64,000 nt of DNA from Squalus acanthias (taxonomy: Eukaryota). Every line of letters starts with the position of its first letter. The first letter of the stretch is position 1. The stretch is from NCBI GenBank assembly GCA_030390025.1, contig CM059432.1, positions 129,768,001 to 129,832,000 of the forward strand, given 5' to 3'. The position numbers and the translations under genes were made by a program. A model generated the notes under the pieces. That model worked only from the letters and a program-made list of their open reading frames with translations, was not told the origin of the DNA and searched no databases. Shown in pieces: positions 60,001 to 64,000 of this stretch.

Positions 60001-63000
60001 GTGTACTGTTGGTATGGCACAGACTGGTTTCAGTGTCTGATGGTGTAGTGTTAGTATGGTACAGACTGGTATCAGTGTCTGATGGTGTAGTGTTAGTATG
60101 GTACAGACTGGTATCAGTGTCTAGATCGTGTAGTGTTGGTATGGTACAGACTGTTTTCAGTGTCTCGATGTTGTAGTGTTGGTATGGTACAGACTGGTTT
60201 CAGTGTCTGATGGTGTAGTGTTGGTATGGTACAGATTGGTTTCAGTCCTCTAATGGTGTAGTGTTGGTATGGTACAGACTGGTTTCAGTGTCTCGATGGT
60301 GTAGTGTTGGTTTGATACAGACTGGTTTCAGTGCTCAGATGGTGTAGTGTTGGTATGGTACAGACTGGTTTCAGTGTCTCGATGGTGTAGTGTTGGTATG
60401 GTACAGACTGGTTTCAGTGCTCTGATGGTGTAGTGTTGGTATGGTACAGACTGGTTTCAGTGTCTCGATGGTGTAGTGTTGTATGGTACAGACTGGTTTC
60501 AGTGCTCTAATGGTGTAGTGTTGGTATGGTACAAACTGGTTTCAGTGTCTGATGGTGTAGTGTTGGTATGGTACAGACTGGTTTCAGTGTCTCGATGGTG
60601 TAGTGTTGGTATGGTACAGACTGGTTTCAGTGCCCTGATGGTATAGTGTTGGTATGGTACAGACTGGTTTCAGTGTCTCGATGGTCTAGTGTTGTTATGG
60701 TACAGACTGGTTTCAGTGCTCTGATGGTGTAGTGTTGGTTTGATACAGACTGCTTTCAGTGTCTGATGGTGTAGTGTTGGTTTGATACAGACTGGTTTCA
60801 GTGTCTCGATGGTGTAGTGTTGGTATGGTACAGACTGTTTTCAGTGTATCGATGGTGTAGTGTTGGTATGGTACAGACTGTTTTCAGTGGCTCGATGGTG
60901 TAGTGTTGGTATGGTACAGACTGTTTTCAGTGTCTCGATGGTGTAGTGTTGGTATGGTACAGACTGGTTTCAATGCTATGATGGTGTAGTGTTGGTATGG
61001 TACAAACTGGTTTCAGTGTCTCGATGGTGCAGTGTTGGTATGGTACAGACTGGTTTCAGTGTCTCGATGGTGCAGTGTTGGTATGGTACAGACTGGTTTC
61101 ACTGTCTGATGGTGTAGTGTTGGTATGGCACCTATTGGTTTCAGTGCTCTGATGGTGTAGTGTTGGTATGGAACAGACTGGTTTCAGTGCTCTGATGGTA
61201 TAGTGTTGGTATGGTGCAGACTGGTTTCAGTGTCTCGATGGTGTCGTGTTGGTATGGTACAGACTGTTTTCAGTGTCTCGATGGTATAGTGTTGGTATGG
61301 TACAGACTGGTTTCAGTGCTCTGATGGTGTAGTGTTGGTATGCTACAGACTGGTTTCAGTGCTCTGCTGGTGTAGTGTTGGTATGGTATAGACTCTTTTC
61401 AGTGCTCTGATGGTATAGTGTTGGTATGGTACAGACTGGTTTCAGTGTCTCGATGGTGTAGTGTTGGTATGGCACAGACTGGTTTCAGTGCTCGAATGGT
61501 GTAGTGTTGGTTTGATACAGACTGGTATCACTGTCTCGATGGTGAAGTGTTGGTATGCTACAGACTGGTTTCAGTGCTCTGCTGTTGTAGTGTTGGTATG
61601 GTACAGACTGGTTTCAGTGCTCGATGGTGTAGTGTTGGTATGGTACAGACTGGTTTCAGTGTCTCGATGGTGTAGTGTTGTTATGGTACAGACTGGTTTC
61701 AGTGTCTCGATGGTGTAGTGTTGGTATGGTACAGACTGGTTTCACTGTCTAATGGTGTAGTGTTGTTATGGTACAGACTGGTTTCAGTGTCTCGATGGTG
61801 TAGTGTTGGTATGGCACAGACTGGTTTCAGTGTCTGATGGTGTAGTGTTGGTATGGTACAGACTGGTTTCAGTGTCTGCTGGTGTAGTGTTGGTATGGTA
61901 CAGATTGGTTTCAGTGCTCTAATGGTGTAGTGTTGTTATGGTACAAACTGGTTTCAGTGTCTGATGGTGTAGTGTTGGTATGGTACAGACTGGTTTCACT
62001 GTCTCGATGGTGTAGTGTTGGTATGGTACAGATTGGGTTCAGTGCTCTAATGGTGTAGTGTTGGTATGGTACAAACTGGTTTCAGTGTCTGATGGTGTAG
62101 TGTTGGTATGGTACAGACTGGTTTCAGTGTCGGATGGTGTAGTGTTGGTATGGTACAGACTGGTTTCAGTGTCTCGATGGTGCAGTGTTGGTATGGTACA
62201 GACTTGTATCAGTGTCTGCTGGTGCAGTGTTGGTATGGTACAGACTGGTTTCAGTGCTCTGATGGTATAGTGTTGGTATGCTACAGACTGGTTTCAGTGC
62301 TCTGATGGTGTAGTGTTGATATGTTACAGACTGGTTTCAGTGTCTGCTGGTATAGTGTTGGTATGGTACAGACTGGTTTCAGTGTCTCGATTGGGTAGTG
62401 TTGGTTTGGTACAGACTGGTTTCAGTGCTCCGATGGTGTAGTTTTGGTCTGGTACAGACTGGTTTCAGTGTCTCGATGGTGTAGTGTTGGAATGGTACAG
62501 ACTGTTATCAGTGTCTGATGGTGTACTGTTGGTATGGCACAGACTGGTTTCAGTGTCTGATGGTGTAGTGTTAGTATGGTACAGACTGGTATCAGTGTCT
62601 GATGGTGTAGTGTTAGTATGGTACAGACTGGTATCAGTGTCTAGATCGTGTAGTGTTGGTATGGTACAGACTGTTTTCAGTGTCTCGATGTTGTAGTGTT
62701 GGTATGGTACAGACTGGTTTCAGTGTCTGATGGTGTAGTGTTGGTATGGTACAGATTGGTTTCAGTCCTCTAATGGTGCAGTGTTGGTATGGTACAGACT
62801 GGTTTCAGTGTCTCGATGGTGTAGTGTTGGTTTGATACAGACTGGTTTCAGTGCTCCGATGGTGTAGTGTTGGTATGGTACAGACTGGTTTCAGTGTCTC
62901 GATGGTGTAGTGTTGGTATGGTACAGATTGGTTTCAGTGCTCTGATGGTATAGTGTTGGTATGGTACAGACTGGTTTCACTGTCTCGATGGTGTAGTGTT

Positions 63001-64000
63001 GGTATGGTACAGATTGGTTTCAGTGCTCTAATGGTGTAGTGTTGATATGGTACAAACTGGTTTCAGTGTCTGATGGTGTAGTGTTGGTATGGTACAAACT
63101 GGTTTCAGTGTCTCGATGGTGTAGTGTTGGTATGGTACAAACTGGTTTCAGTGCCCTGATGGTATAGTGTTGGTATGGTGCAGACTGGTTTCACTGTCTC
63201 GATGGTCTAGTGTTGTTATGGTACAGACTGGTTTCAGTGCTCTGATGGTGTAGTGTTGGTTTGATACAGACTGCTTTCAGTGTCTGATGGTGTAGTGTTG
63301 GTTTGATACAGACTGGTTTCAGTGTCTCGATGGTGTAGTGTTGGTATGGTACAGACTGTTTTCAGTGTATCGATGGTGTAGTGTTGGTATGGTACAGACT
63401 GTTTTCAGTGGCTCGATGGTGTAGTGTTGGTATGGTACAGACTGTTTTCAGTGTCTCGATGGTGTAGTGTTGGTATGGTATAGACTGTTTTCAGTGTCTT
63501 GATGGTGTAGTGGTGGTATGGTACAGACTGTTTTCAGTGTCTCGATGGTGTAGTGTTGGTATGGTACAGACTGGTTTCAGTGTCTCGATGGTGTAGTGTT
63601 GGTATGGTACAGACTGGTTTCAGTGTCTCGATGGTGTAGTGTTGGTATGGTACAGACTGTTTTCAGTGCCTGATGGTGTAGTGTTGGTATGTTGCAGACT
63701 GGTTTCAGTGTCTCGATGTTGTAGTGTTGGTATGGTACAGACTGGTTTCAATGCTATGATGGTGTAGTGTTGGTATGGTACATACTGTTTTCAGTGCCTG
63801 ATGGTGTAGTGTTGGTATGGTACAGACTGGTTTCAATGCTATGATGGTGTAGTGTTGGTATGGTACAAACTGGTTTCAGTGTCTCGATGGTGCAGTGTTG
63901 GTATGGTACAGACTGGTTTCAGTGTCTCGATGGTGCAGTGTTGGTATGGTACAGACTGGTTTCAGTGTCTCGATGGTGTTGTGTTGGTATGGTACAGACT
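51017..64000. repeat. 43-bp satellite (GACTGGTTTCAGTGTCTCGATGGTGTAGTGTTGGTATGGTACA)n with 42-bp variants, ~300 units, runs off the window
   Basis: Continuous tandem array, G/T-rich on the plus strand; rare variants recur at ~2.5-2.8 kb intervals. Confidence 0.97.

Noticed and set aside
51017..64000. CRISPR-like array or protein-coding ORFs in the satellite
   Set aside because: No unique spacers, eukaryotic context and no cas genes; the ORFs are translations of the repeat unit.

Overview
Eukaryotic, repeat-dominated DNA that looks like a cartilaginous fish (shark) intergenic or intronic region, judged from HE1/V-SINE, SacSINE1-like DeuSINE, CR1 and L2 content. I found no host protein-coding exon. 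Contents: (i) six copies of a CR1-group (Zenon-like) LINE family, plus classical CR1 and L2 fragments, often nested; (ii) a full-length CsRn1-clade Ty3/Gypsy LTR element at 21315-25659 (tRNA-Trp PBS, CHCC gag, ACAG TSD); (iii) a ~2.7 kb palindromic Penelope-like insertion with GIY-YIG domains and minimal hammerhead ribozymes, plus a third solo hammerhead; (iv) about ten PIF/Harbinger-type non-autonomous elements with 3-bp TSDs, one keeping an open Myb/SANT exon; (v) 20-bp and 32-bp minisatellites and a 43-bp satellite filling 51017-64000 with ~2.5-2.8 kb higher-order repeats. The most intriguing signal is the Zenon-like LINE. In two independent insertions its 5' end is a tRNA-derived SINE head with Pol III A/B boxes joined directly to the EN-RT coding region, with no room for ORF1. 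By eye, its sense strand lacks any TTTT Pol III terminator over ~3 kb. This makes it a candidate Pol III-transcribed, protein-coding 'autonomous SINE' retroelement. All family names come from recalled consensus features, not database searches.
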